Shown in pieces: positions 10,218 through 19,576 of a stretch of 64,000 nt of DNA. The translations under genes were made by a program, and so were the position numbers. Source of the stretch: Thermoanaerobaculia bacterium (GTDB lineage Bacteria; Acidobacteriota; Thermoanaerobaculia; Multivoradales; Multivoraceae). Numbering within the stretch: position 1 is the first letter of the stretch; the number at the start of each line of letters is the position of its first letter. The notes under the pieces were generated by a model, which worked only from the letters and a program-made list of their open reading frames with translations, was not told the DNA's origin and did not search any database. Where the stretch lies: NCBI GenBank assembly GCA_022822365.1, contig JAJEBV010000035.1, forward strand, positions 10,082 through 74,081, written 5' to 3'.

Positions 10218-10952
10218 ATGAACTCCCTGTGCGCTCTCGCTTCTCCGTTAGTTTCGGCGGCCGCCCTCGTCGTCGGTCTGATCGGGGTCCTCGAGGCCCG
10301 GTTCGGCCTGATCTCGCCCCTCGTCGGCTTCGCCCTGTTCTCGTTTCTGATGCCCCTGGGGCTCCTGCTCGGCCTGCTCCTCGGGTTGATCGGCCTGGTG
10401 CGGACCCGCCGCAACCAGCGCCGCGGCGGGGCGTCCCAGGCGTGGGGCGGTGCGCTCCTCTCTGTCGTGGTGCTCGGCTGGGTGTTCGTGCTCGCCTACG
10501 GAACCGTGCAGGCGCCGGCGATCCACGACATCACGACGAACATCGACGACCCGCCGGCCTTCGAGGCCGCGGCCGCCGAGGACAGCCGTGGCGCCGGCTT
10601 CGCCTACCCGAGCGGCGGAGCTACCGTGCCCGATCAGCAGCGGCAGGCCTACCCCGAACTCGACACGCTCCAACTCGACATCTCCCGGGACGAAGCCGTC
10701 TGGCGGGTCCGCCACACGGCGGAGGATCTCGGCTGGACGCCGATTCTCGAAGACCCGGGGAACGGACGCTTCGAGTTCTCGGACGCGACGCCCTGGTTCC
10801 GTTTCATCGACTTCGTCGCCGTCCGCGTCCGCGACGACGGCGCCGGCGCGGCCGTCGACGTGCGCTCCGTGTCCCAGGTCGGAGTCGGCGACCTGGGCGC
10901 CAACGCGGCCCGGATCCATCGGTTCCTGGACGTGCTTGGCCACGGCCACTGA
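10218..10952 (+). CDS. DUF1499-like membrane protein
   Basis: Two N-terminal transmembrane helices followed by a conserved C-terminal domain. The ATG at 10218 lies inside the long antisense ORF 8661-10952. Confidence 0.5.
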   Translation: MNSLCALASPLVSAAALVVGLIGVLEARFGLISPLVGFALFSFLMPLGLLLGLLLGLIGLVRTRRNQRRGGASQAWGGALLSVVVLGWVFVLAYGTVQAPAIHDITTNIDDPPAFEAAAAEDSRGAGFAYPSGGATVPDQQRQAYPELDTLQLDISRDEAVWRVRHTAEDLGWTPILEDPGNGRFEFSDATPWFRFIDFVAVRVRDDGAGAAVDVRSVSQVGVGDLGANAARIHRFLDVLGHGH

Positions 10953-11031
10953 GCGGCTACGATACCGGCCCATTCCACCAACGATCCCCGAGCAACGCAC
11001 CGGCGCGCCCGCGCCAGGAGACACCACCAAT

Positions 11032-13122
11032 ATGACTGCACTCACCGACATGGTCGACTACGAAGTCCGCGGCGAAGTCGCCCTGATCGTCATCGACAAT
11101 CCCCCCGTCAACGCGCTCAGCCACGGCGTGCGCGCCGGCATGGTCGAGGGACTGGCGAAGGCCGAGGCCGATGAGGACGTGGCGGCCGTCCTCCTGGTCT
11201 GCAAGGGCCGCACGTTCATCGCCGGCGCCGACATCACCGAGTTCGGCAAACCGATGAAGGAGCCCGGCCTCAACGAGGCGATCGAGGCGATGGAACAGGC
11301 GACCAAGCCCGTCGTGGCGGCGATCCACGGCACCGCTCTGGGCGGCGGCCTCGAGACGGCGATGGCCTGCCACTACCGGGTGGGCGTCGCGTCTGCCCGC
11401 TTCGGCCAGCCCGAGGTCAAGCTGGGGATCCTGCCGGGCGCGGGCGGCACCCAGCGGCTGCCCCGGCTGGTCGGCTACCCGAAGGCGCTCGAGATGTGCG
11501 TCATCGGCAACCCGATCGGCGCCGCGGAAGCGCTTGAGGGCGGCCTGCTCGACGAGATCGTGGACGACGTCTTCGAGGGCGGCGTCGCCTTCGCCGAGAA
11601 GCTGATCGCCGAAGACCGGCCGCTCAGGAAGATCCGCGACCTGAACGAGAACGTCAACGAGGCGCGCGCCAACCGCGAGGAGATCTTCGACGGCTTCCGC
11701 CGCAAGATCGCCCGCCGCACGCGAGGCTTCGAGGCGCCCGAGGCGAACGTCCGGGCGATCGAGGCAGGCCTCGACATGTCCTTCGACGAGGCGCTCGACA
11801 ACGAGCGGAAGCTGTTCGCCGAGCTCATGGCCGGCAAGCAGTCGATCGCCCAGCGCTACTACTTCTTCGCCGAGCGCGAGGCGGCCAAGGTGCCCGATGT
11901 TCCGCGCGACACGCCGATGCGGAAGATCGAGAAGGTCGGCGTCCTCGGCTGCGGCACGATGGGCGGCGGTATCTCGATGAACTTCGCCAACCGCGGCATC
12001 GGCGTGACGATCGTCGAGGCCGAGCAGAGCCGCCTCGACCACGGCTTCGGCGTCATCCGCAAGAACTACGAGCGGACCGCCAGCCGCGGCCGCATGACGA
12101 TGGAGCAGGTCGACGACTGCATGGGCCTGCTCAACGGCGTGACGGACCGCGAGGCGCTCGCCGACTGCGACCTGGTGATCGAGGCCGTGTTCGAGAACAT
12201 GGATCTCAAGAAGGAGATCTTCGCCAGTCTCGACCGGATCGTGAAGCCCGGCACCATCCTCGCCACGAACACGTCGGCGCTCGACGTCAACGAGATCGCG
12301 GCCGCCACGGCGAGGCCCGAGGACGTGATCGGCATGCACTTCTTCTCGCCGGCGAACATCATGCGGCTGCTCGAGGTCGTGCGCGGCGAGAAGACGGCGA
12401 AGGACGTGATCCACACGTCGATGACGATCTCCAAGCAGATCGGCAAGGTGCCGGTGCTGGTCGGCGTCTGCCGCGGCTTCGTCGGCAACCGGATCCTGTT
12501 CCAGCGCCAGCAGCAGGCGCAACAGATCATCCTGGAGGGCGCGAAGTACTACGACGTGGACCGCGTCCTCTACGACTTCGGCTTCCCGATGGGCCCGTTC
12601 GCGATGAGCGACCTCGCCGGACTCGACATCGGCTGGAACGAGAAGACGTCGGCATCCCGCGACATCCGCGAGATCCTCTGCGAATCCGGCCGGCGCGGCC
12701 AGAAGAACGGCCGCGGCTACTACGTCTACGACCCCGAGACGCGCGCTTCCGCGCCCGACCCGGAAGTCGAGAAGATCATCAGCGACTTCGGCTCGGCCCA
12801 GGGCATCGAGCAGCGCGAGGTCGGCGCGGAGGAGATCCTCGAACGCTGCCTCTACCCGATGGTCAACGAAGGCGCGAAGATCCTGGAGGAAGGGATCGCC
12901 ATCCGGCCGTCGGACGTCGACGTGATCTGGGTCAATGGCTACGGCTGGCCCGTCTACCGGGGCGGCCCGATGCACTGGGGCGACAGCGTCGGCCTCGGCA
13001 AGGTAGCGGCCCGGATGCGAGAGTTCGCGGACGAGAGCGGCAGCCCGTTCTGGCAGCCGTCGGCGCTGCTCGCTGAACTGGCCGATGCCGGCAAGAGCTT
13101 CAGCGACTGGAGAGCCGGCTGA
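11032..13122 (+). CDS. fadB: Multifunctional fatty-acid oxidation alpha subunit (enoyl-CoA hydratase / 3-hydroxyacyl-CoA dehydrogenase, FadB/FadJ-like)
   Basis: Crotonase domain ([13 protein letters not shown]) plus 3-HCDH NAD-binding domain ([13 protein letters not shown]); 697 aa from the ATG at 11032. Confidence 0.85.
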   Translation: MTALTDMVDYEVRGEVALIVIDNPPVNALSHGVRAGMVEGLAKAEADEDVAAVLLVCKGRTFIAGADITEFGKPMKEPGLNEAIEAMEQATKPVVAAIHGTALGGGLETAMACHYRVGVASARFGQPEVKLGILPGAGGTQRLPRLVGYPKALEMCVIGNPIGAAEALEGGLLDEIVDDVFEGGVAFAEKLIAEDRPLRKIRDLNENVNEARANREEIFDGFRRKIARRTRGFEAPEANVRAIEAGLDMSFDEALDNERKLFAELMAGKQSIAQRYYFFAEREAAKVPDVPRDTPMRKIEKVGVLGCGTMGGGISMNFANRGIGVTIVEAEQSRLDHGFGVIRKNYERTASRGRMTMEQVDDCMGLLNGVTDREALADCDLVIEAVFENMDLKKEIFASLDRIVKPGTILATNTSALDVNEIAAATARPEDVIGMHFFSPANIMRLLEVVRGEKTAKDVIHTSMTISKQIGKVPVLVGVCRGFVGNRILFQRQQQAQQIILEGAKYYDVDRVLYDFGFPMGPFAMSDLAGLDIGWNEKTSASRDIREILCESGRRGQKNGRGYYVYDPETRASAPDPEVEKIISDFGSAQGIEQREVGAEEILERCLYPMVNEGAKILEEGIAIRPSDVDVIWVNGYGWPVYRGGPMHWGDSVGLGKVAARMREFADESGSPFWQPSALLAELADAGKSFSDWRAG

Positions 13123-14090
13123 CGGAGACCCGCATCGAGATCGGGCTGACGCCCTGGGTCGACTACCTGGGCACCGAGGCGGGGTCCATCGCCGACCAGG
13201 CGGAGTTCGCCGACCGGCTCGGATTCCACTCGCTGTTCCTGCCGGAAAGCCACTTCAGCGGGGCGGCCTCCTGCCCGTCGCCCATCGTCGTTCTGGCCGC
13301 CGCGGCCGCGCGAACGAAGCAGTTGCGCCTCGGCACGACCTCGTATCTGCTGCCGGTCCGCAACGCCTTCCAGGCGGCTGAGGATGTCGCCGTGCTGGAC
13401 CGCCTCTCCAACGGCCGCGTCATCCTGGGTCTCGGCCGCGGTTTCCGGCCCGCGCTGTTCGCCGCCTTCGGCGTCGACCCCCGCACGAAGCGCCAGCGCT
13501 TCGTCGAGTCTCTCGACCTGATGAAGCGGGCCTGGGCCGGCGAAGCGATCGAGGTCGGCGAACCCGGCACGCGTCAAGCCGTGCGGATCGCGCCGCTGCC
13601 GGTGCAGCAACCGCATCCGGAACTGTGGGTCGCCGCCTTCGGCCCCCTGGCGCTCAAGCAGGCCGGCGAACTGGGCCTTCCTTACCTGTCGTCTCCACTC
13701 GAGACGATCGGCCGGCTCACCAGGAACCACGAGCTCCATCGCGAGGCCCTGCCCCAGGGGGCGCCGCGACCGATCGTGCCGGTCATGCGTACCGTGTTCG
13801 TCTCGGAAGACCGGGCCACCTGCGATCGCGTCCGGTCCGCCCTGACCGCGCAGGCGCTCAGGATGGCGCGCGCCGGTACCCGTCTGGTGCAGGAAGAAGA
13901 GCTGGCGGACATCGAGAACTGGGCGGTCGTCGGCGGTCTCGACCAGGTGCGCGCCGGCCTCGACCGCTACCGTGAGTGCATCGGCATGACCCACGTCATC
14001 GCCCGCTGCGGCGTTCCGGACGCGACGCCGCGGGAGATCGAGGAGTCGATCCAGGCGCTCGCGGAGCTTGCGGGAACGTCAGGCCGATGA
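13119..14090 (+). CDS. LLM-class (luciferase-like) flavin-dependent oxidoreductase with a non-canonical or unresolved start
   Basis: Homology clearly extends upstream of the tracker start (IEIGLTPWVDYLG...HSLFLPESHF). No ATG, GTG or TTG lies in frame between the stop at 13074 and the TTG at 13323. Confidence 0.6.
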   Translation: MTETRIEIGLTPWVDYLGTEAGSIADQAEFADRLGFHSLFLPESHFSGAASCPSPIVVLAAAAARTKQLRLGTTSYLLPVRNAFQAAEDVAVLDRLSNGRVILGLGRGFRPALFAAFGVDPRTKRQRFVESLDLMKRAWAGEAIEVGEPGTRQAVRIAPLPVQQPHPELWVAAFGPLALKQAGELGLPYLSSPLETIGRLTRNHELHREALPQGAPRPIVPVMRTVFVSEDRATCDRVRSALTAQALRMARAGTRLVQEEELADIENWAVVGGLDQVRAGLDRYRECIGMTHVIARCGVPDATPREIEESIQALAELAGTSGR

Positions 14091-14660
14091 AGACGCGCAG
14101 GAATCCGGGAACGCCGCGGCGTCGGTCAGGGCGGGCGCGGGACGGCCAGGCTCCTTCGTGTACTTCTTGACGTGGACCACGCTGCCGTCCGCCGGCAACG
14201 TCGTGTCCCGCACGGTGATCGTGTAGCCGACGTCCGTCGCCGCGGCCGCGTAGACCCAGTTGTGCTGGTTGACGCCGCAGGCGTCCAGCACCTTCAGCAG
14301 CATCTCCCAGTTCGACGGGTCGAAGAAGTAGAACAGGCCGGATTCCCTCGTTCCAATGGGCCGGCTGCCGCCCCTGACCACCTTCGCCGGCTGCGGCGCG
14401 GCCTCGGCGTTCACGAGAACCTCGACGGTCACTTCGTAGCGGCCTTCCTGCAGGCACATGACGGAAGCGCTTTCCACGCAGCCGCCCTCCTCACTGGCGG
14501 TCGGGACCGTTTCAGGCAAGGCCGCATCCTCCGCCACGTCGACCTCGTCGGCGTAAGCGGCGCCGCCGTGCAGTCCCAGCAGCAACAGACAGGCGACGAC
14601 GGCGACAAGCGGGCCGTCGCTCCGGATGAGCCTCAGCGAATCTCCGATTGACTTCGACAT
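14079..14660 (-). CDS. Small secreted protein consisting of a signal peptide plus the four-cysteine C-terminal domain shared with the giant LRR proteins
   Basis: ATG at 14660 preceded by AAGGAG and followed by a signal peptide. The C-terminal 115 aa align with the C-termini of the CDSs at 21231-24893 and 25030-29454 (CLQ-RY-V-V...FFD-NWE-L-KVLD-C...TDVGY-I-V-DT...AFP--C). Confidence 0.6.
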   Translation of the reverse strand: MSKSIGDSLRLIRSDGPLVAVVACLLLLGLHGGAAYADEVDVAEDAALPETVPTASEEGGCVESASVMCLQEGRYEVTVEVLVNAEAAPQPAKVVRGGSRPIGTRESGLFYFFDPSNWEMLLKVLDACGVNQHNWVYAAAATDVGYTITVRDTTLPADGSVVHVKKYTKEPGRPAPALTDAAAFPDSCASSSA

Positions 14661-14914
14661 TCTGACGTTACTCCTTGTGGCGCAGCCGGACTGCGGAGAC
14701 GATTGTGTGGGCGCCGCCCATCCTAGCGCAAGTCCGACCGCGGGTGGCAAGCCGCGTCGCAGTCGCCGCGAAATCAACTGACGAGCCAGGACCTCCAGGG
14801 CCGGCATCGGGCCCGGCGTCGCGCGGGCAGATCGACTTGATGGACCATGGAGATAGCATGGCCGTCCTTTCCCGTGACCGTCAAGCAAACTCTCGCCGAT
14901 CAGAGGAGACCGCC

Positions 14915-16522
14915 ATGATTCACCACCGACTTCGAGCCGTCGCGGCCTCTGCGGCCGTCACCGCACTGTTCATGGCCGCTCTCGTCACGCCGACAGCGGT
15001 CACGCACGCGGCCGCCAACGGCGACGCCACGGTCGAGGTGGACACCGGGACTCTCCGCGGCGAGGTCCTCGACGCGGCCGGCGGACTGACGGTCTACCGG
15101 GGGGTTCCGTTCGCCGCGCCGCCGGTGGGCGACCTGCGCTGGAAGGCGCCGCGGCCTCCGGCGAAGTGGGACGGCGTACGCGACGCAACGGAGTTCGGCG
15201 CGATCTGCCCGCAGAGCCCCGTCCTGGCGATGATGACCGGCGCGAGCCTTCCGGAGACATCGGAGGACTGCCTGTTCCTGAACGTGTGGACAGCAGCCAG
15301 AAGCAACGATGAGCCGCGGCCGGTCATGGTCTGGATCCACGGCGGAGGCTTGAGCCTCGGCTGGAGCAACGAGGCGACCTACGAGGGCTCCGCCTTCGCC
15401 AGGAAGGGCGTCGTCCTCGTCTCGATCAACTACCGGCTCGGACCGCTCGGCTACCTCGCCCACCCGGCGCTGTCGAAGGAGTCGGGCGGAGATTCGGGCA
15501 ACTACGGCTTCCTCGACCAGATCGCGGCGCTTCGCTGGGTCAGCCGGAACATCGCCCGGTTCGGCGGCGACCCGGACAACGTGACGATCTTCGGCGAGTC
15601 CGCGGGCGGCACGAGCGTCCATGCCCTGATGGCGAGTCCGATGGCTGCCGGACTCATCCACCGCGCCATCGCCCAGAGTCCCTGGATCACCGACACGAAC
15701 ATCCGGCCGCTACGGGATGTCGGAGAAGGGCCGGCCAGCGCGGAGGACGTGGGGGCCTCCTGGGCCCAGGCGATGCTCGGCGACGGCGCGAAGCAGACAG
15801 CCGCGGCCCTGCGCGCGCTGGACGCGGACACGATCATCGCCAGAACTCCCCAGGGCGTGCAGCCCGGCGCGTTCGAACCGCACATCACCTGGGGCACGGC
15901 CTTCATGCCGGAGTCGAGCGAGGATCGCTACTCGGCCGGCGAGCACCACGACATCCCGATGATCGTCGGCACGAACCGCAACGAGGGAACGATGTTCATG
16001 AGCTTCCAGCCGGTCGCGGATCGGGGGGAGTTCCTCCAGACGATCGAGGCGACGTATGGCGACCAGGCCGGGGAGGTGGCGAAGCTCTACCCGTCCTCCA
16101 ATGCCGACGAGCTCAAGGCGCAGCAGGACCGCTTCATCACCGACACCTGGTTCCTGCGCGGCGCCCGCCGGATGCTGCTCGGCATGGACAGGGTGCCCTC
16201 CCCCGCCTTCCAGTACTTCTTCACCCGCGTGAACCCGGAGAACCCCGCCTGGGGGGCGCACCATGCAGCCGAGCTGGGCTACGTCTTCAATACGCTCCAG
16301 GGCGAGAACTACGACGGCACGGACGATCGCCTCGCCGCCCTGATAATCGACTACTGGGTGCAGTTCGCCCGTACAGGCGACCCGAACGGAGGCGGCCGGC
16401 CCGTCTGGCCGGTGTTCGACGGAAAGAAGCAGGCGTATCTCGAACTCGGTGACGAAGTGAAGACGGGCGCGGAGCTGGAACGGAAGATCAACGACCGGCT
16501 GGAAGCGATTCGCGGACAGTAG
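14915..16522 (+). CDS. Carboxylesterase type B (para-nitrobenzyl esterase-like) with a signal peptide
   Basis: GESAGG nucleophile elbow, COesterase N-terminal motifs, GGAGA ribosome-binding site before the ATG at 14915. Confidence 0.85.
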   Translation: MIHHRLRAVAASAAVTALFMAALVTPTAVTHAAANGDATVEVDTGTLRGEVLDAAGGLTVYRGVPFAAPPVGDLRWKAPRPPAKWDGVRDATEFGAICPQSPVLAMMTGASLPETSEDCLFLNVWTAARSNDEPRPVMVWIHGGGLSLGWSNEATYEGSAFARKGVVLVSINYRLGPLGYLAHPALSKESGGDSGNYGFLDQIAALRWVSRNIARFGGDPDNVTIFGESAGGTSVHALMASPMAAGLIHRAIAQSPWITDTNIRPLRDVGEGPASAEDVGASWAQAMLGDGAKQTAAALRALDADTIIARTPQGVQPGAFEPHITWGTAFMPESSEDRYSAGEHHDIPMIVGTNRNEGTMFMSFQPVADRGEFLQTIEATYGDQAGEVAKLYPSSNADELKAQQDRFITDTWFLRGARRMLLGMDRVPSPAFQYFFTRVNPENPAWGAHHAAELGYVFNTLQGENYDGTDDRLAALIIDYWVQFARTGDPNGGGRPVWPVFDGKKQAYLELGDEVKTGAELERKINDRLEAIRGQ

Positions 16523-16576
16523 GCAAGGCCGGAAGAAGCTGGCTGGAAACACCATGAAACCCGAAGGCCAGCGCGG

Positions 16577-17851
16577 ATGACGAAGCGCCCGTTCATCGGC
16601 TGGTGGATGGTCGGGGCCGGCTCGCTCTGCTACGGCTTCGGCATCTCGCCGATGTACTACGGCTGGGGTCTGTTCCAGCCGGAGATGCAGCCCGCGCTGG
16701 GCCTCAGCGACACCCAGTCCGGCTTCGTGTTCAGCGTCTTCAGTTGGACCTACCACCTGCTCGGACCGGTCTGCGGCATCGCGATGGCCCGCTGGGGCAT
16801 CCGCTGGGTCATGGTTCCCGGCTCCGCCGTCGCCGTGCTCGGCTTCTGGATGCTCAGCCGGGCGGAGTCCTTCGTGGACTGCATCATCGCCTACGGCATT
16901 CTGGGCGGGATCGCGATCGGCTTCTCCACCATTCTGCCGGCCCAGACCCTGGCCTCGAACTGGTTCGTCCGCTACCGTGCCCGAGCGATCGCACTCGTCT
17001 TGGGCGGCGGCGCGATCGTCGGCACCTGGGTCAACATGCTTTTCGCTCCGGGGATCCTCCGGATCGCCGACTGGCGCACGGGTTGGCTGATCATTGCCGG
17101 GATCTCGGCCGTCGTCGGCGTGGTCGCTCTGGTCTTCCTCCGGGGGACGCCGGAGAAGGTACGCCAGCAACCGGACGGCGGCGCGGCCCCGAGCGATTCG
17201 GGCCAGGATAGAGCCACCGGCCCCACCGGCCACGGAGAGTGGACGGCGCCGCTAGCGCTCCGCACGTCCCAGTTCTACATCCTGGTCGGCCTGTCGATCG
17301 CCTACGGCGTACCCTGGGGCATCATCGCCGTGTACGGACGACTGCATCTCGAGTCGCTGGGCTTCACCACCGCCGCTGCGGGCGCCATCCTCGGCGCCCG
17401 CGTCTTCGTCAGCCTGTTCGGACGCTTCAGCGCCTCGTTCGGAGACTTCATGCCTCCACAGCGGCTGCTTGCCATCGTCCTGCTCGTGGAAGGCATCGGC
17501 AGCGCCGGCCTGATCGTCGCCGGCAACCCGCTCCTGGCCTACGCATCCGTCGTCCTCATCGGGCTGGGCTTCGGCGCGGCCTACGTGAGCATCCCCGTCG
17601 TCTTCTCGTCGTTCTACGGTCGGCGCGCCTTCGGCACGACGGTGGGCATCCGGTTTGCCATCACCGGCGTCGTCGCGCCAGCCTCACCGACGCTCGCCGG
17701 CATGCTCTCCGACTGGTCCGGCTCCCACGTGCTGAGCTTCTCCATCATGGCCACGGTCTGCCTCCTCGGCGCCCTGGTCGCCTTCGGCCTGCGAGCGCCC
17801 GTGCTGGGGGCACGACCTATAGCACCCGCAACGACGAGTTCCATCAAATGA
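16577..17851 (+). CDS. MFS transporter
   Basis: 12-TM profile; 424 aa. Confidence 0.8.
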   Translation: MTKRPFIGWWMVGAGSLCYGFGISPMYYGWGLFQPEMQPALGLSDTQSGFVFSVFSWTYHLLGPVCGIAMARWGIRWVMVPGSAVAVLGFWMLSRAESFVDCIIAYGILGGIAIGFSTILPAQTLASNWFVRYRARAIALVLGGGAIVGTWVNMLFAPGILRIADWRTGWLIIAGISAVVGVVALVFLRGTPEKVRQQPDGGAAPSDSGQDRATGPTGHGEWTAPLALRTSQFYILVGLSIAYGVPWGIIAVYGRLHLESLGFTTAAAGAILGARVFVSLFGRFSASFGDFMPPQRLLAIVLLVEGIGSAGLIVAGNPLLAYASVVLIGLGFGAAYVSIPVVFSSFYGRRAFGTTVGIRFAITGVVAPASPTLAGMLSDWSGSHVLSFSIMATVCLLGALVAFGLRAPVLGARPIAPATTSSIK

Positions 17852-17869
17852 AGCCGCTGGAGGCTGCCA

Positions 17870-18148
17870 TCAGGTCGCGCTGTACGCTCCAATGGTCGGG
17901 CTTCTCCCGATGATCTCCTCGTCCTCAAGCCCGGCAGCGAGTGAGAGCGCCTTGTCCAGTTCGAACCGCGACGTGTCCATGCGCACCGTCGCTCGCCGGA
18001 ACGTCGGTCGCCCGACGGCAGTCGACTCCGCAGCCAAACCGGACCGCAACAGCCGGTTGACCACGCGGGTCACGCTCATGCCCTCGGCTTCCGAGAACAC
18101 GCGGAGGGCCTCCATGATGTCGTCATCGAATCGCACAGTGTTGCGCAC
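17870..18148 (-). CDS. Ribbon-helix-helix (CopG/VapB-like) antitoxin-type protein
   Basis: 92-aa RHH-like N-terminus (TVRFDDDIMEALRVFSEAEGMSVTRVVNRLL). Head-to-head with the PIN gene. Confidence 0.5.
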   Translation of the reverse strand: MRNTVRFDDDIMEALRVFSEAEGMSVTRVVNRLLRSGLAAESTAVGRPTFRRATVRMDTSRFELDKALSLAAGLEDEEIIGRSPTIGAYSAT

Positions 18149-18171
18149 GATGTGTTGATACCATATCGCCA

Positions 18172-18597
18172 GTGATGCGTTTGGTTCTGGACACGAATGT
18201 CATTGTTGCAGGCTTGCGAAGTCCGAGTGGCGCGTCTGCAGCGTTGATCGACCACGCCTTGAGCGCGACGTTCGTGTTGGTGCTGTCCGTACCTTTGGCG
18301 CTGGAGTACGAGGCCATCTGCCGAGATCCGGCCCAACGAATCGTGTCGGGCTTGAGCGAGACCGAGGTCGAGATCATCGTCTCGGCTCTTTGCGCAGTCG
18401 CGGCCCCCGTTGCAACCCGGTTTCTTTGGCGTCCGCAGTTGCACGATCCGGCCGACGAGATGGTGCTTGAAACCGCCATCAACGGCGGGGCGGACAGCTT
18501 GGTGACCTTCAACCAGAAGGACTTCGGCTCGGCGCCCGAACGCTTCGGCATCGCCCTGCTGTCACCCCAGGAGGCCCTCAGGAGACTGTCGTCATGA
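18172..18597 (+). CDS. PIN-domain toxin (VapC-like)
   Basis: LVLDTNVIVAGL N-terminal PIN motif with conserved acidic residues; 141 aa. Confidence 0.7.
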   Translation: MMRLVLDTNVIVAGLRSPSGASAALIDHALSATFVLVLSVPLALEYEAICRDPAQRIVSGLSETEVEIIVSALCAVAAPVATRFLWRPQLHDPADEMVLETAINGGADSLVTFNQKDFGSAPERFGIALLSPQEALRRLSS

Positions 18598-18848
18598 AGA
18601 AACAGCTCAGTACCTACCCGTTGCGGCTGCCTGCGTCGTTGAAGACCGCGGTCGTCGAGATCAGCCAGGCCGACGGCACGAGCATCAACCAGTTCGTGAC
18701 GACGGCGGTGGCCGAGAAAGTGTCGGCGATGCGGACTGCCGAGTTCTTCACGGGACGCGCGTCCCGGCCTGATATCGAAGCGGCGCGGCGGCTGTTGCGC
18801 AGATCAGGCGGCCAAGCTCCTGATCCCGACGACCGACTGGAAAACTGA
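18594..18848 (+). CDS. RHH/Arc-type antitoxin (HicB-C-like DNA-binding domain)
   Basis: 84 aa (TSINQFVTTAVAEKV). ATGA start/stop overlap with the PIN gene. Confidence 0.55.
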   Translation: MKKQLSTYPLRLPASLKTAVVEISQADGTSINQFVTTAVAEKVSAMRTAEFFTGRASRPDIEAARRLLRRSGGQAPDPDDRLEN

Positions 18849-18894
18849 GACCAAGGCGCCGGACCGGGGCCCTCCCCGGATCGGAACGCGAGTC

Positions 18895-19566
18895 CTACCG
18901 GGTTCCGCCGGGGGCGGAGACGGTGGTCTGCCAGCGGTGCTCGCCCCAGATCAGCTTGAGCCTCCCGGGAGCGTCGCCCTCGGGCGGCTCGATGTCGATC
19001 GTCAGGCTCGACTTGCCGCCCTCCACGGTGGAGTGCTCGAGCGGGGTTTCGCCCAGGTCCTTCGCCGGGTCATGCATCGTGCCCCAGATATCGGGCTCGT
19101 GGTTCACGATCAGCGTCCACCGGCCATCGTCGTCCAGGCGGAGCCAGAGGCTGTAGAGACCAGCGAAACCGGGTGAGACGTTGCCGGCCGGCACCTCGAG
19201 GTCGCCGACGACGATGTCGGCTTCCGTGCGGAGCTTGATCGCCGCGAAGGTCTGAAACTCGAGCAACCCCTGTTCGTGCTCGACAAAGGACAACCAGTCG
19301 ACGCCGAGGAGCGGCACCCTGCCGGCGTTGACCTCGACGGCGCCGCCGCCGATCTCGGCCCGGTCGATCGAGCGGGTCGCGTTGACCAGCAGCGCGAAGG
19401 CGTTGGTCAGGCCCGAGGCGTCCAGCTTGCGGCCCTCACCCTCCTTCGAGGACTTCTCGATCACCTCGTCGGTTTCGGCGAACTGGCCCGACACCGGCGC
19501 CGCGGCCAGGAGAAGCGGCAGGAGGGCGGCGACCCGGGTCAGCTGCCGCCCGCTCGAACCGACCAT
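18895..19566 (-). CDS. Secreted hypothetical protein
   Basis: Signal peptide from the internal ATG at 19566; 224 aa; no confident family assignment. Confidence 0.45.
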   Translation of the reverse strand: MVGSSGRQLTRVAALLPLLLAAAPVSGQFAETDEVIEKSSKEGEGRKLDASGLTNAFALLVNATRSIDRAEIGGGAVEVNAGRVPLLGVDWLSFVEHEQGLLEFQTFAAIKLRTEADIVVGDLEVPAGNVSPGFAGLYSLWLRLDDDGRWTLIVNHEPDIWGTMHDPAKDLGETPLEHSTVEGGKSSLTIDIEPPEGDAPGRLKLIWGEHRWQTTVSAPGGTR

Positions 19567-19576
19567 CGCCGCCTTC

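Noticed and set aside
8661-10952. 763-aa plus-strand ORF
   Set aside because: Antisense to the sulfatase-like gene over most of its length. Only the terminal 245 codons (DUF1499-like, from the ATG at 10218) look genuine.
10450-11031. N-terminal 194-aa extension of the FadB ORF
   Set aside because: Pro/Ser/Thr/Arg-rich low complexity that overlaps the DUF1499 gene. The conserved crotonase domain begins at the ATG at 11032.
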